This document shows, piece after piece, positions 1 through 9,016 of a stretch of DNA of 52,753 nt. This DNA comes from Candidatus Omnitrophota bacterium (lineage in GTDB: Bacteria > Omnitrophota > Gorgyraeia > Gorgyraeales > Gorgyraeaceae): assembly GCA_043821705.1 (NCBI GenBank), contig JBDRCN010000016.1, forward strand, positions 1-52,753, written 5' to 3'. A program made the position numbers and the translations under genes. The notes below the pieces were generated by a model that saw only the letters and a program-made list of their open reading frames with translations, was not told the origin of the DNA and did not search any database. How positions within the stretch are numbered: the stretch's first letter is position 1; the number at the start of each line of letters is the position of its first letter.

Positions 1-1
1 G

Positions 2-1219
2 ACCTCCAAGATAACTGTAATATCAAATGAAGCAAAGCCACTTTACTCTAGATGTCTCATATCTTATCTATTAGCTGGAACAATATCAAAAGAAAAGATA
101 TGGTACCGTAAAGACTCTTTCTTTAAAGAAAATAAGTGCGAGGCTATCTTGGGCGTAGAAGCTACTAAGATAGATCTCGATAAAAAAGAAGTACTCCTTA
201 GCAATAAATCCAAGGTAAAATTTGATAAACTTCTTATTGCTACGGGCTCTTCTCCAAAAATGGAAGATATCCCTGGGATAGATAAAAAAGGGGTCTTTCC
301 TTTAAGGACGCTGGAGCAAACCGAGAAGATAGAGGCTATGCTAAAAGATGTGAAAGATGTAGCTGTGTTAGGCGGAGGCTTGATAGGATTAAGAGCTGCA
401 TATGCTTTAAATGCCAGGGGTAAAAATGTAAGCGTTCACGTAAGAAGCCATCAGATACTTTCTCAGATAATTGATGCACCTAGCGCTAACCTCATGCAAA
501 AAAGGATCGAAGAAAAAGGCATAAAGATCATCACAGGTTCTTCAGCAAAAGAGCTCATTGGTAAAAAGAAAGTAGAAAGCATTTTATTAAATAATAAAAA
601 TGACCAAAAATGTGATCTAGTGATCGTAGGCAAAGGTGTCAATTCTAATATAGATCTAGCAAAAGATGTTGGCATAAAAACACATTGGGGGATAAACATA
701 AATAACTTTTTAGAGACCTCGAGTAAAGATATATATGCTGCAGGAGATGTGGCTGAGGTACATGATATTGCACTGGAAGAAAGTTCTATTAATGCTATAT
801 GGCCAGCTGCGTGCGAACAAGGTAGAATAGCTGGACTTAACATGCTCGGTGAAAAAACAGAATACGATGGAAGCCTGGCGATGAACTCCCTAGAATTCTT
901 TGGCTTGCCCGTTATTTCCATAGGGATAACAAAACCAAAAAAAGACATCTATCAAGAGATCTCTAGAATAGACGAAGAACATTCCACATATAAAAAGATA
1001 GTGCTTAAAGATAATATAATTGTAGGGAGTGTGTTTGTAAATACCATCGACACTATAGGCGTTATAGGAGCTTTAATAAAGAACAAGGTCGATATCTCTG
1101 ATGTTAAAGATATATTATTGGAAGATTATTTTGATTACGGCAAGATCGTAAAGATAATAAAGGATTCAAAGAAAGGTTTTAAAGAAACAGAGTTTAAAGA
1201 ATCAGTAATAACTCTATAG
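2..1219 (+). CDS. FAD/NAD(P)-dependent pyridine nucleotide-disulfide oxidoreductase (NADH oxidase/NirB-like), 5' truncated by the window
   Basis: Frame is open from base 2 (TSKITVISNEAKPLYSRCLISYLLAG...). Motifs LLIATGS, GGGLIG (NAD-binding) and IYAAGD are present. Confidence 0.9.
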   Translation, partial: TSKITVISNEAKPLYSRCLISYLLAGTISKEKIWYRKDSFFKENKCEAILGVEATKIDLDKKEVLLSNKSKVKFDKLLIATGSSPKMEDIPGIDKKGVFPLRTLEQTEKIEAMLKDVKDVAVLGGGLIGLRAAYALNARGKNVSVHVRSHQILSQIIDAPSANLMQKRIEEKGIKIITGSSAKELIGKKKVESILLNNKNDQKCDLVIVGKGVNSNIDLAKDVGIKTHWGININNFLETSSKDIYAAGDVAEVHDIALEESSINAIWPAACEQGRIAGLNMLGEKTEYDGSLAMNSLEFFGLPVISIGITKPKKDIYQEISRIDEEHSTYKKIVLKDNIIVGSVFVNTIDTIGVIGALIKNKVDISDVKDILLEDYFDYGKIVKIIKDSKKGFKETEFKESVITL

Positions 1220-1280
1220 AATAGGGTTTATGTTGCGGGCGCCTTGGCTTGTTTCATAGAAACCATTATGACGCTATAGG

Positions 1281-1377
1281 TAGCGGTAACGGGTGACCGC
1301 GATTGGGGTCCCCGCAAGCGCGCAGGCGTTTCGCGAGCACTTGCGGGGTAAATCGTGGACAGGACCCGTTACCACTA
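1281..1377 (+). repeat. GC-rich long imperfect hairpin, family C copy 1
   Basis: Stems TAGCGGTAACGGGT/ACCCGTTACCACTA, CCGCGATT/AATCGTGG and CCCCGCAAG/CTTGCGGGG. The core matches the reverse complement of 52048-52138. Confidence 0.9.
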
Positions 1378-1405
1378 AACTAATGCCATACAACGGAGGA
1401 TATAT

Positions 1406-3583
1406 ATGTCAAAGATCATTGCATCAGCTGCTATTCGAGGAGCTAGGGAGATCTATAAAATTGCAGAGACAAATATTAATAAAGCTATCAAAGAAAAAGG
1501 AGAAACTCATGAATTGAAATTCCCTGAAACAGCTTTTTATCTTCCCATGGCCTATGCTCTGTTAGGCAAGGAAGTAAAGACGCTAAAAGAGGGGAAAGAG
1601 ATCCTTGATTATTCAAAGCTGCTTCTTCATGATGAACCAGCTGATAAGATCTGGCTTCCATATCTAGGCCCTACTCTAGATTCTGGCATAGCAGCTCTAT
1701 TATGCGAAGAAGTCATAATGGCGCTAAGATACCTATATAATGAAGAGCCCCAGAAAGACTGTAATGGGTTTTTCTCAGATACTATACTTAGAACTCTTGG
1801 TATCCAGCTAGTAGATGGAAGGATGCCTGGGTTTGCTGCCATATTAGGCGCTGCGCCAGACAATAAGACTGCAGTGAGTATAGTAAGAGAATTGCAAAAA
1901 AGAAGCATAATGACATTTGTAGGAAGTTCTGTTAATGGTAGAAGCATTATTGACCAGCTAATAGAAGAAAAAGTAGAAATGGGTTGGGATACCTATATAG
2001 TACCTTACGGAAGAGACACGTTAAGTGCTATATATCCTTTACATTGGGCGATAAGAGGTGCTCTTACTTTTGGTGGACATAGAAAAGGTGAAGCACTCAA
2101 ATGCCTAAAATATTGCCAGAATAGAGTATTTGCTTTTGGTATGGTGTTAGGAGAACTTGATGATATAAAATATGCTACTGGAGCAGGTGCAATAAACATG
2201 GGCTTTCCGATCATAGCTGACACTAATATCCCTGAAATAAGGCCAACTGGTATATGTACATATGAACATGTCGTAAGAGAACTTGACCATAAAAAAATAG
2301 TGCCTAAAGCAGTTGAATTAAGAGGGATAAAATTAAAGGTCTCTGAGATACCAATACCTGTTTCTTATTCTCCTGCATTCGAGGGAGAAAGAGTAAGGCG
2401 TGAACAGATGTTCGCTCAGTTTGGTGGAAAATATTCAGATGCATTTGAATATGTAAAGATGGTGGATGCAAATACCATAGAAGATGGAAAGATAGAAGTA
2501 ATAGGGCCAGAACTTGATGAGATAAAAGAAGGCGGGGCTTCTCCTTTAGGAGTTTTAGTAGAAGTGGCTGGCAGAAAGATGCAAAAAGATTTCGAGCCTA
2601 TCCTGGAAAGGCAGATACATAGTTTCTTGAACGAGGCAATGGGTGTCTTCCATATGGGCCAAAGAGATATGTGCTGGGTCAGGATATCAAAAGATGCCAA
2701 GAATAAAGGTTTTAAACTTAAACATTTCGGCACAATAATTCATGCTAGATTCCATGATGTATTCTCAACGATCGCAGACAAGGTACAGATAACCATATAC
2801 ACAAAGCAAGTTGACGTGGAAAAACACATAGAAGAGGCTAAAGTTTCATACAATGAGAGGGACGAGAGAGTAGCGAACATGACTGACGAAAGCGTGGATA
2901 TTTTCTGGACATGTACACTGTGTCAAAGTTTTGCACCAAATCATCTATGCGTTATAAAACCTGAAAGGTTAGGCCTATGCGGTGCTTACAACTGGCTGGA
3001 TGCAAAAGCAAGCTATGAGCTTAATCCATCCGGCCCAAACCAGCCTATTAAAAAAGGAGAATGCCTCGACCCTGTAAAAGGTGAATGGAAAGGCGTAAAT
3101 GAAGCTATCTTTCAAAAATCAAACAGAACACTTGAAAGATTCTGTGGATACTCTATAATAGATTCTCCAGAGACCAGCTGTGGTTGCTTTGAATGCATCA
3201 TCGCGATACTTCCTGAAGCTAATGGTTTCATGGTGGTGAACAGAGAATACTCTGGGGCTACGCCTGCTGGTATGGGTTTTTCTACTCTTGCCGGAAGCAT
3301 AGGCGGAGGACAACAGACCCCTGGCTTTATGGGAGTGGGTAGACTTTATTTAACTAGCAAAAAGTTTATTTCAGCAGAAGGTGGATTAAAAAGACTAGTA
3401 TGGATGCCAAAAGAATTGAAAGTTGCACTGAAAGAAAAGCTAGAAAAAAGATGCAAAGAAATTGGAGACCCTGACTTAATAAATAAAATTGCGGACGAGA
3501 GCGTCGCTGCTAATATGGAAGAACTTTTGCCGTTCTTAGAAAAAGTAGGCCATCCAGCATTAATAATGCAGGCAATAATGTAA
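1406..3583 (+). CDS. acsB: Acetyl-CoA synthase (CODH/ACS alpha subunit, bacterial type)
   Basis: 725 aa. N-terminal FPETAFYLP domain and A-cluster ligands CTLCQSF, LCGA and SCGCFE. GGAGG RBS. Confidence 0.97.
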   Translation: MSKIIASAAIRGAREIYKIAETNINKAIKEKGETHELKFPETAFYLPMAYALLGKEVKTLKEGKEILDYSKLLLHDEPADKIWLPYLGPTLDSGIAALLCEEVIMALRYLYNEEPQKDCNGFFSDTILRTLGIQLVDGRMPGFAAILGAAPDNKTAVSIVRELQKRSIMTFVGSSVNGRSIIDQLIEEKVEMGWDTYIVPYGRDTLSAIYPLHWAIRGALTFGGHRKGEALKCLKYCQNRVFAFGMVLGELDDIKYATGAGAINMGFPIIADTNIPEIRPTGICTYEHVVRELDHKKIVPKAVELRGIKLKVSEIPIPVSYSPAFEGERVRREQMFAQFGGKYSDAFEYVKMVDANTIEDGKIEVIGPELDEIKEGGASPLGVLVEVAGRKMQKDFEPILERQIHSFLNEAMGVFHMGQRDMCWVRISKDAKNKGFKLKHFGTIIHARFHDVFSTIADKVQITIYTKQVDVEKHIEEAKVSYNERDERVANMTDESVDIFWTCTLCQSFAPNHLCVIKPERLGLCGAYNWLDAKASYELNPSGPNQPIKKGECLDPVKGEWKGVNEAIFQKSNRTLERFCGYSIIDSPETSCGCFECIIAILPEANGFMVVNREYSGATPAGMGFSTLAGSIGGGQQTPGFMGVGRLYLTSKKFISAEGGLKRLVWMPKELKVALKEKLEKRCKEIGDPDLINKIADESVAANMEELLPFLEKVGHPALIMQAIM

Positions 3584-3596
3584 CTTAAATTTAATT

Positions 3597-3696
3597 CTAA
3601 ATGACTAATGACAAAATCCAAATAAATTCCAAATTTCCAATTTGACATTGGGATTTAAATAATTGATTTGTCATTTGAGATTTGACATTTGTCATT
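3597..3696. repeat. Intergenic low-complexity hairpin (AATGACAAA/TTTGTCATT units)
   Basis: Left arm has AAATGAC/AATGACAAA/CCAAAT units; right arm has TTTGTCATT/TTTGAC units. Confidence 0.65.
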
Positions 3697-3730
3697 ATCT
3701 TTAAAGATTATTTGCAAAGGGGGTACTTAA

Positions 3731-5071
3731 ATGGCGTTATCGGGACTTGATATCTATAAATTATTACCAAAGACAAATTGTAAAAAATGTGGTTCACCTA
3801 CGTGTCTTGCGTTTGCAATGAAGCTAGCGATGAAAAAAGCATCCTTGGACCAATGTCCAGACATAACAGAAGATGCTAAAAAAGCTTTAGACCAGGCATC
3901 AAAGCCGCCTATCGCAACTATCTCTTTTGGCTACGGAGATGAAAAGGTCGAGACCGGAGGAGAGACAGTTCTCTTTAGGCATGAGAAGACATTTTATCAC
4001 CAGACAGCTATAGCCATAACTGTCAACGATGATCTTCCAGATGATGAGATCATAAAGAGGGCAAAAAAGATAAATGACCTATCTTTTGAAAGAGTAGGCC
4101 AGCACATTGTAATAGATGCTATAGCCTTGGTCAATAAATCAGGTTCTCCTGAAAAATTCGTAAAAGCACTCGAGAAGGTATTGGCAAATTCAAAGAAAGC
4201 CCTGATATTGGTAAGCGAGGATATAAAAGCCATGGAAGGAGCATTAAATATCTGCGCAAATAAAAAACCCTTAATATATGGCGCTAATCCAAGCAATGTA
4301 AAAGAAATGGCAAATCTCGCAAAATCAAATAAGCTAGCCTTGGCATTAAAGGCCAATTCTTTAGAAGCCCTAGAGATGCTTTCAAGCGAAGCTATATCTT
4401 CAGGTCTTGAAGATATAATGTTGGACCCTTCTTCAAAGACACTGAACCAGACAATAAACGACTTTACTCAGATCAGAAGAGCCAGCCTCAAAAAGAACGT
4501 AAGGTCTTTTGGTTTCCCTATCATATCTATGATCGAGGAAAAAGAAAAATATGATATTGTAAAAAAAGCATCCACAATGATAGCAAAGTATGGGGGCACC
4601 ATTATAATAGATACGCTTGATAGGGAGACAATACTTCCTATAATAACGCTTCGCCAAAATATATACACAGACCCACAAAAACCTGTAACAGTAGAGCCTA
4701 AACTTTATGCATTTGGAGCAGTTGATAAGAGCTCACCTGTGTTGGTCACAACTAATTTTTCTCTTACCTTTTACACAGTCGCACCTGAAATAGAGGCCAG
4801 TAAGATGCCTGCATACCTACTAGTAACAGATTCTGAAGGTATGAGCGTTTTAACAGCCTGGGCAGCTGAGAAATTTACTCCTGAGATAATAAACGAGACC
4901 ATGAAAAAATTTGGCGTGGAAGGGGCAGTGTCTCATAAGAAGCTCATCATACCAGGTTATGTTTCTGTGATAAGCGGTAAACTTGAAGACGAGTCTGGCT
5001 GGAAGGTCCTGGTCGGACCTAAAGAATCTTCCAATATACCAAAATATCTAAAAGAGGTGTGGAATAACTAG
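3731..5071 (+). CDS. acsC: Corrinoid iron-sulfur protein, large (gamma) subunit
   Basis: N-terminal LPKTNCKKCGSPTCLAFA...CP 4Fe-4S motif and C-terminal VTTNFSLT...LTAWAA CdhD domain. Confidence 0.96.
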   Translation: MALSGLDIYKLLPKTNCKKCGSPTCLAFAMKLAMKKASLDQCPDITEDAKKALDQASKPPIATISFGYGDEKVETGGETVLFRHEKTFYHQTAIAITVNDDLPDDEIIKRAKKINDLSFERVGQHIVIDAIALVNKSGSPEKFVKALEKVLANSKKALILVSEDIKAMEGALNICANKKPLIYGANPSNVKEMANLAKSNKLALALKANSLEALEMLSSEAISSGLEDIMLDPSSKTLNQTINDFTQIRRASLKKNVRSFGFPIISMIEEKEKYDIVKKASTMIAKYGGTIIIDTLDRETILPIITLRQNIYTDPQKPVTVEPKLYAFGAVDKSSPVLVTTNFSLTFYTVAPEIEASKMPAYLLVTDSEGMSVLTAWAAEKFTPEIINETMKKFGVEGAVSHKKLIIPGYVSVISGKLEDESGWKVLVGPKESSNIPKYLKEVWNN

Positions 5072-5073
5072 TT

Positions 5074-5640
5074 ATGAACCTTGCTAATAAGATAACAATT
5101 CTACGCATCCTCTTGACCCCGTTCTTCTTGGCCTGCATAATCTATTATGGAGATGGAAAAGAATATCTAAGGTTAGTTGCTTTTACGATATTCGCTATCG
5201 CTAGCTTAACAGATGCTATAGACGGTGGCATAGCCAGAAGCAGGGACCAGATAACAGAACTAGGAGTGATATTAGACCCTATAGCTGACAAGCTGCTAAT
5301 AGTGACTGCTTTTATAGCTCTTTCAGTTGTAAAAAAGATACCTATGGATCTAAAGATCCCTCCATGGAGCGTCTTGATAGTCCTAAGCCGTGATGTTATT
5401 ATCGTGCTGGGATCTCTCATCATATATTTTATAAAAGGGAATGTAGCGATAAAGCCCAGTATACTTGGAAAGATAACTACTTTTTTTCAGATGATCGCTA
5501 TTATGGCAGTCTTGATACCTTTTAGATACAACAAGGTTTTTCTTTATCCAGCTGTTCTCCTGACTATGATCTCATGTATAGATTATATCTGGAGGGGCTC
5601 AAAACAGCTCAATGAAAATCCTGTAACTTCAACGTCTTGA
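5074..5640 (+). CDS. pgsA: CDP-alcohol phosphatidyltransferase (PgsA-like)
   Basis: N-terminal NLANKITILRI and motif DAIDGGIARSRDQITELGVILDPIADK. Confidence 0.88.
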   Translation: MNLANKITILRILLTPFFLACIIYYGDGKEYLRLVAFTIFAIASLTDAIDGGIARSRDQITELGVILDPIADKLLIVTAFIALSVVKKIPMDLKIPPWSVLIVLSRDVIIVLGSLIIYFIKGNVAIKPSILGKITTFFQMIAIMAVLIPFRYNKVFLYPAVLLTMISCIDYIWRGSKQLNENPVTSTS

Positions 5641-5659
5641 TCTAAACTCATAAAAAAGG

Positions 5660-6298
5660 ATGGGTATGTCTTATTTTATATTATTTTTAGGAGGATTGTT
5701 AGCTTATCTGATAGGATCTATACCTACAGCCTATATAGCTGGGAAACTAGTCAAGAGCATAGATATAAGGCAATTTGGCAGTGGTAATATAGGCGCAACA
5801 AATACTTTTAGGGTCGTTGGAAAGATGCCTGGCGTAGCAGTGCTTCTTATCGACATGCTAAAAGGATATATGTGTGTAACATATTGTGCTGATCTATTTA
5901 TGCTCATAGCGCCTGTAGAAAGGCCTGAGCTATACAGGGTCTTAATGGGGTTATCTGCAATAATGGGCCATAACTGGACAGTGTTTTTAAATTTCAAAGG
6001 GGGCAAAGGTGTTGCAACAAGCGCAGGAGTTATTATTGCACTCATACCTAAGATATTTCTTTTAGGCCTTATTGTCTGGAGTATAATCTTCGGCCTGACA
6101 GGCTATGTATCCCTATCTTCCATAATAGCAGCTATCCTAATACCAATATTTACATTTTTGTTCAATAAGCCTGTAGAAACAATAGTAGCAATGTGTATCC
6201 TGTGTATGGTCGTGGTCTATAAACACAGATCGAATATAGCTCGTCTAAAAAAAGGTGAAGAGAGGAAGATAAAATTATTTAAAAAGGGTAAGAAGTAA
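5660..6298 (+). CDS. plsY: Glycerol-3-phosphate acyltransferase
   Basis: Motifs YLIGSIP, GSGNIGATN, GHNWTVFLNFKGGKGVAT and HRSNI. Confidence 0.95.
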   Translation: MGMSYFILFLGGLLAYLIGSIPTAYIAGKLVKSIDIRQFGSGNIGATNTFRVVGKMPGVAVLLIDMLKGYMCVTYCADLFMLIAPVERPELYRVLMGLSAIMGHNWTVFLNFKGGKGVATSAGVIIALIPKIFLLGLIVWSIIFGLTGYVSLSSIIAAILIPIFTFLFNKPVETIVAMCILCMVVVYKHRSNIARLKKGEERKIKLFKKGKK

Positions 6299-8259
6299 TG
6301 GGGGATTATTTAGCTAATGTCTTCTCTGCTTCAGGCCCCATTGCAACTTTGATGCCGAATTACGAGTCAAGGCCAGAACAGCTCGAGATGGCTAAAGCTG
6401 TAAGCAAAGCTATCGTTGACGCAAAAATATTGATAGTAGAAGCTGGCACTGGAGTTGGTAAAAGTTTTTCTTATCTGATACCTGTAGTGCGTCATGCTCT
6501 TGAAACAGAAACTCTCGCCATCATATCCACTAACACTATAAGCCTTCAAGAACAGCTAATACATAAAGACATACCTTTCTTAGAAAAGGTTCTAGATGAA
6601 GACCTCGGAGCAGTCTTAGTAAAGGGAAGAAAAAATTATGTCTGCTTAAGAAGATTAAAAAGGTCTAATCTTAAACAAAAGGATCTTTTTTCCGATGAGC
6701 GAGAGATGCAGCAGTTTTCTAAGATCATTGCCTGGTCCTACAGGACGAAAGATGGGTCTTTGTACGACCTGGACGACGAGATAGACATGAGGGTCTGGGA
6801 CATAGTCTCTTCTGATGCTGAGAACTGTCTTGGGAAATCGTGCCAGTCTTTTAAAGAATGTTTTTTTCAAAACGCCAGGGAAAAGATAAAAGAAGCCCGC
6901 GTTCTTATAGTCAATCACAGCCTGTTCTTTGCTAACCTTGCAAGACACGAAGAGAAAAAAAGTATATTCCCTGAATACGATGCAGTTATCTTTGATGAAG
7001 CCCATACCATAGAAAATGTAGCTACTGACCATCTCGGCGCTAATATAAGCAGCACTAATCTTAAGTTTTTAATGGACATTCTCTTTAACTCAAAAAAACA
7101 AAAAGGGCTTCTCTTGACCGTAGGAAGCCAAGATGCCATGGAATGGGTAGAGGTAGTGCGCAATAGGTCTGATAGTTTTTTCAAGGGTGTGAAAAAATAT
7201 TTTCTTGCTAGAGCAAGTAATGATTACTCAGATTCTCTTAGGGTTCGAGAAGCAAATTTTATAGAGAATACCCTTGAAGTGCCACTAGCAAAACTTATGG
7301 AGACCCTTCTTGAAGCGAAGAAAACAGCAGATAATAAAGAAGATGAGGCTGAGATCTCATCATTTATAAAAAGGATCAATGATATCAGGACATCTCTGGA
7401 TGTAATAATAAACCAGACCTTGAGCAACTATGTATACTGGGTAGAGTGCTCTAGGTCCCAAAGACTAGACAAGGTCTCGATAAATGCTGCGCCAATAAAT
7501 ATCGGGGAGATCTTAGAAAAATTACTCTATTCTGAAAACAAACCAATGATCTTTACAAGTGCTACATTGTCTATAGACAATAATTCTTTTGAATATTTTA
7601 AAGATAGGATGGGGATAAAAGGATCCGAAGAGTTACAGCTAGGGTCTCCTTATAACTATAAGGAACAAGTGAATATCTATATTTCAAAACACATGCCTAA
7701 CCCTAATAAGCTCAGCGAATATGCCCTAGCATCATCGAAAAAGATAAAAAAATATATAGCACTTACCAATGGCAATGCATTTATATTATTTACCAGCTAT
7801 TCCCTGATGAACCTGGTCTATAAAGAGCTTGAAGACTATCTTCTAGAAAAAGATTACAACCTTTTAAAACAAGGGGACGGTGTCTCCAGAAGCAAGATGC
7901 TTTCTAGATTTAAAGAGAAAAAAGGTTCGATCCTGTTCGGTGTTGATAGTTTTTGGCAGGGTATAGATGTCCAGGGAGAAGCTCTCTCGAACGTGATCAT
8001 AACAAAACTCCCTTTCCAAGTACCCGATCATCCTGTAATTGAAGCTAGGGTCGAGGATATCCAAAGTAAAGGCAAAGATGCTTTTATGGAATACAGCCTC
8101 CCTGAAGCAGTGTTAAGATTCAAGCAAGGTTTTGGCCGTTTGATACGCAGTAAACAGGATAAGGGAATAGTAGCTATTCTAGATAGCCGCATAATAACTA
8201 AATTTTACGGCCGCGCATTTCTGAATTCCATTCCCGAATGCACCCTCATCAAAGACTAA
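6298..8259 (+). CDS. dinG: DinG/YoaA-family SF2 helicase with Fe-S cluster
   Basis: EAGTGVGKS, DEAH, FTSATL and QGFGRLIR motifs; Fe-S cysteines in YVCL...CLGKSCQSFKEC. Confidence 0.9.
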   Translation: MGDYLANVFSASGPIATLMPNYESRPEQLEMAKAVSKAIVDAKILIVEAGTGVGKSFSYLIPVVRHALETETLAIISTNTISLQEQLIHKDIPFLEKVLDEDLGAVLVKGRKNYVCLRRLKRSNLKQKDLFSDEREMQQFSKIIAWSYRTKDGSLYDLDDEIDMRVWDIVSSDAENCLGKSCQSFKECFFQNAREKIKEARVLIVNHSLFFANLARHEEKKSIFPEYDAVIFDEAHTIENVATDHLGANISSTNLKFLMDILFNSKKQKGLLLTVGSQDAMEWVEVVRNRSDSFFKGVKKYFLARASNDYSDSLRVREANFIENTLEVPLAKLMETLLEAKKTADNKEDEAEISSFIKRINDIRTSLDVIINQTLSNYVYWVECSRSQRLDKVSINAAPINIGEILEKLLYSENKPMIFTSATLSIDNNSFEYFKDRMGIKGSEELQLGSPYNYKEQVNIYISKHMPNPNKLSEYALASSKKIKKYIALTNGNAFILFTSYSLMNLVYKELEDYLLEKDYNLLKQGDGVSRSKMLSRFKEKKGSILFGVDSFWQGIDVQGEALSNVIITKLPFQVPDHPVIEARVEDIQSKGKDAFMEYSLPEAVLRFKQGFGRLIRSKQDKGIVAILDSRIITKFYGRAFLNSIPECTLIKD

Positions 8260-8264
8260 AAAAC

Positions 8265-8316
8265 TAGAGACGAAAATTAGGGACCGTCTACCTCGCAAGG
8301 AGGAACCTGCCCCCCC
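8265..8316 (-). repeat. REP-like palindrome family A, left flank of the RAYT gene
   Basis: Minus strand reads GGGGCAGGTTCCTCCTTGCGAGGTAGACGGTCCCTAATTTTCGTCTCTA; inverted relative to 8887-8953. Confidence 0.8.
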
Positions 8317-8323
8317 TAACATC

Positions 8324-8809
8324 TCATAAAATTAATTCATCTAATATTTCTCGCTCCTTAGGTTTTTCTAAGATCCTTTCGCTATAGCTGCTATACGAAT
8401 ATTCAAAAACTGACTTTACTAATTCCGCCCTAACTGGATTACATTCAATATAAGCAATGCAATCTAACAAATACCTCTCATCAGAGACAATCTTACTCTT
8501 AAACCTCCCTTGCCACAAATATCCGACTTTTTTATATTTCTCATTAAAAAAGTTTGTGTAAGAAAGATTTAAATCATGCATAAAATCGGATATCTTTTTA
8601 GCATCTTTCAGTCTAGCAAGAATGTGAATATGATTTGGCATAAGACAATATCCATATATCGAGACATTATATTTTACCTTATACTTTTTTAATCTAGACA
8701 AATAATTCTCATAATCAGTGGATTCCCTAAATACATTTCTTTTCTGATTGCCCCTAGTTATAACATGGTAATAGGCATTATCCAATAATACTCTTGGCGC
8801 TTTTGGCAT
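8324..8809 (-). mobile_element. HUH/Y1 transposase of the IS200-like superfamily, RAYT (REP-associated tyrosine transposase) type
   Basis: YHVITRGNQKRNVF, YCLMPNHIHIL (HUH), LWQGRF and YIECNPVRAELV...YSYSSY. ATG at 8809 follows an AGGAGG RBS. Flanked by inverted palindromes. Confidence 0.88.
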
Positions 8810-8886
8810 ATAAACCACCTCCTCCTACTATATAGACACAGTGGGTACTCATTTTCTTTCAATTTTTTTTAAAAAAACTTTGGTAA

Positions 8887-8953
8887 GGGGCAGGTTCCCC
8901 CTTGCTAGGTACCCGGTACCGCCTTGTGAGGTAGACGGTACTAAAAGTCTCTA
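8887..8953 (+). repeat. REP-like palindrome family A, right flank of the RAYT gene, with a 22-nt insert
   Basis: GGGGCAGGTTCCCCCTTGC-[TAGGTACCCGGTACCGCCTTGT]-GAGGTAGACGGTACTAAAAGTCTCTA. Confidence 0.8.
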
Positions 8954-8961
8954 AGAAGGTA

Positions 8962-8990
8962 TTGACACATGCCCCTTTATAATATATAAT
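8962..8990 (+). promoter_or_regulatory. Consensus sigma70 promoter of trpBA
   Basis: TTGACA (8962-8967), 17-nt spacer, TATAAT (8985-8990). Confidence 0.85.
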
Positions 8991-9016
8991 TTATATTCAA
9001 TATTGGAGATATATAT

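Noticed and set aside
1293-1517. 74-aa ORF upstream of and overlapping acsB
   Set aside because: It is a translation of the family C hairpin, overlaps acsB out of frame, and has no RBS or family motif.
8324-8818. IS200/IS605 element with TnpB or IscB cargo
   Set aside because: There is no RuvC/HNH nuclease ORF nearby; the layout fits a solitary RAYT.
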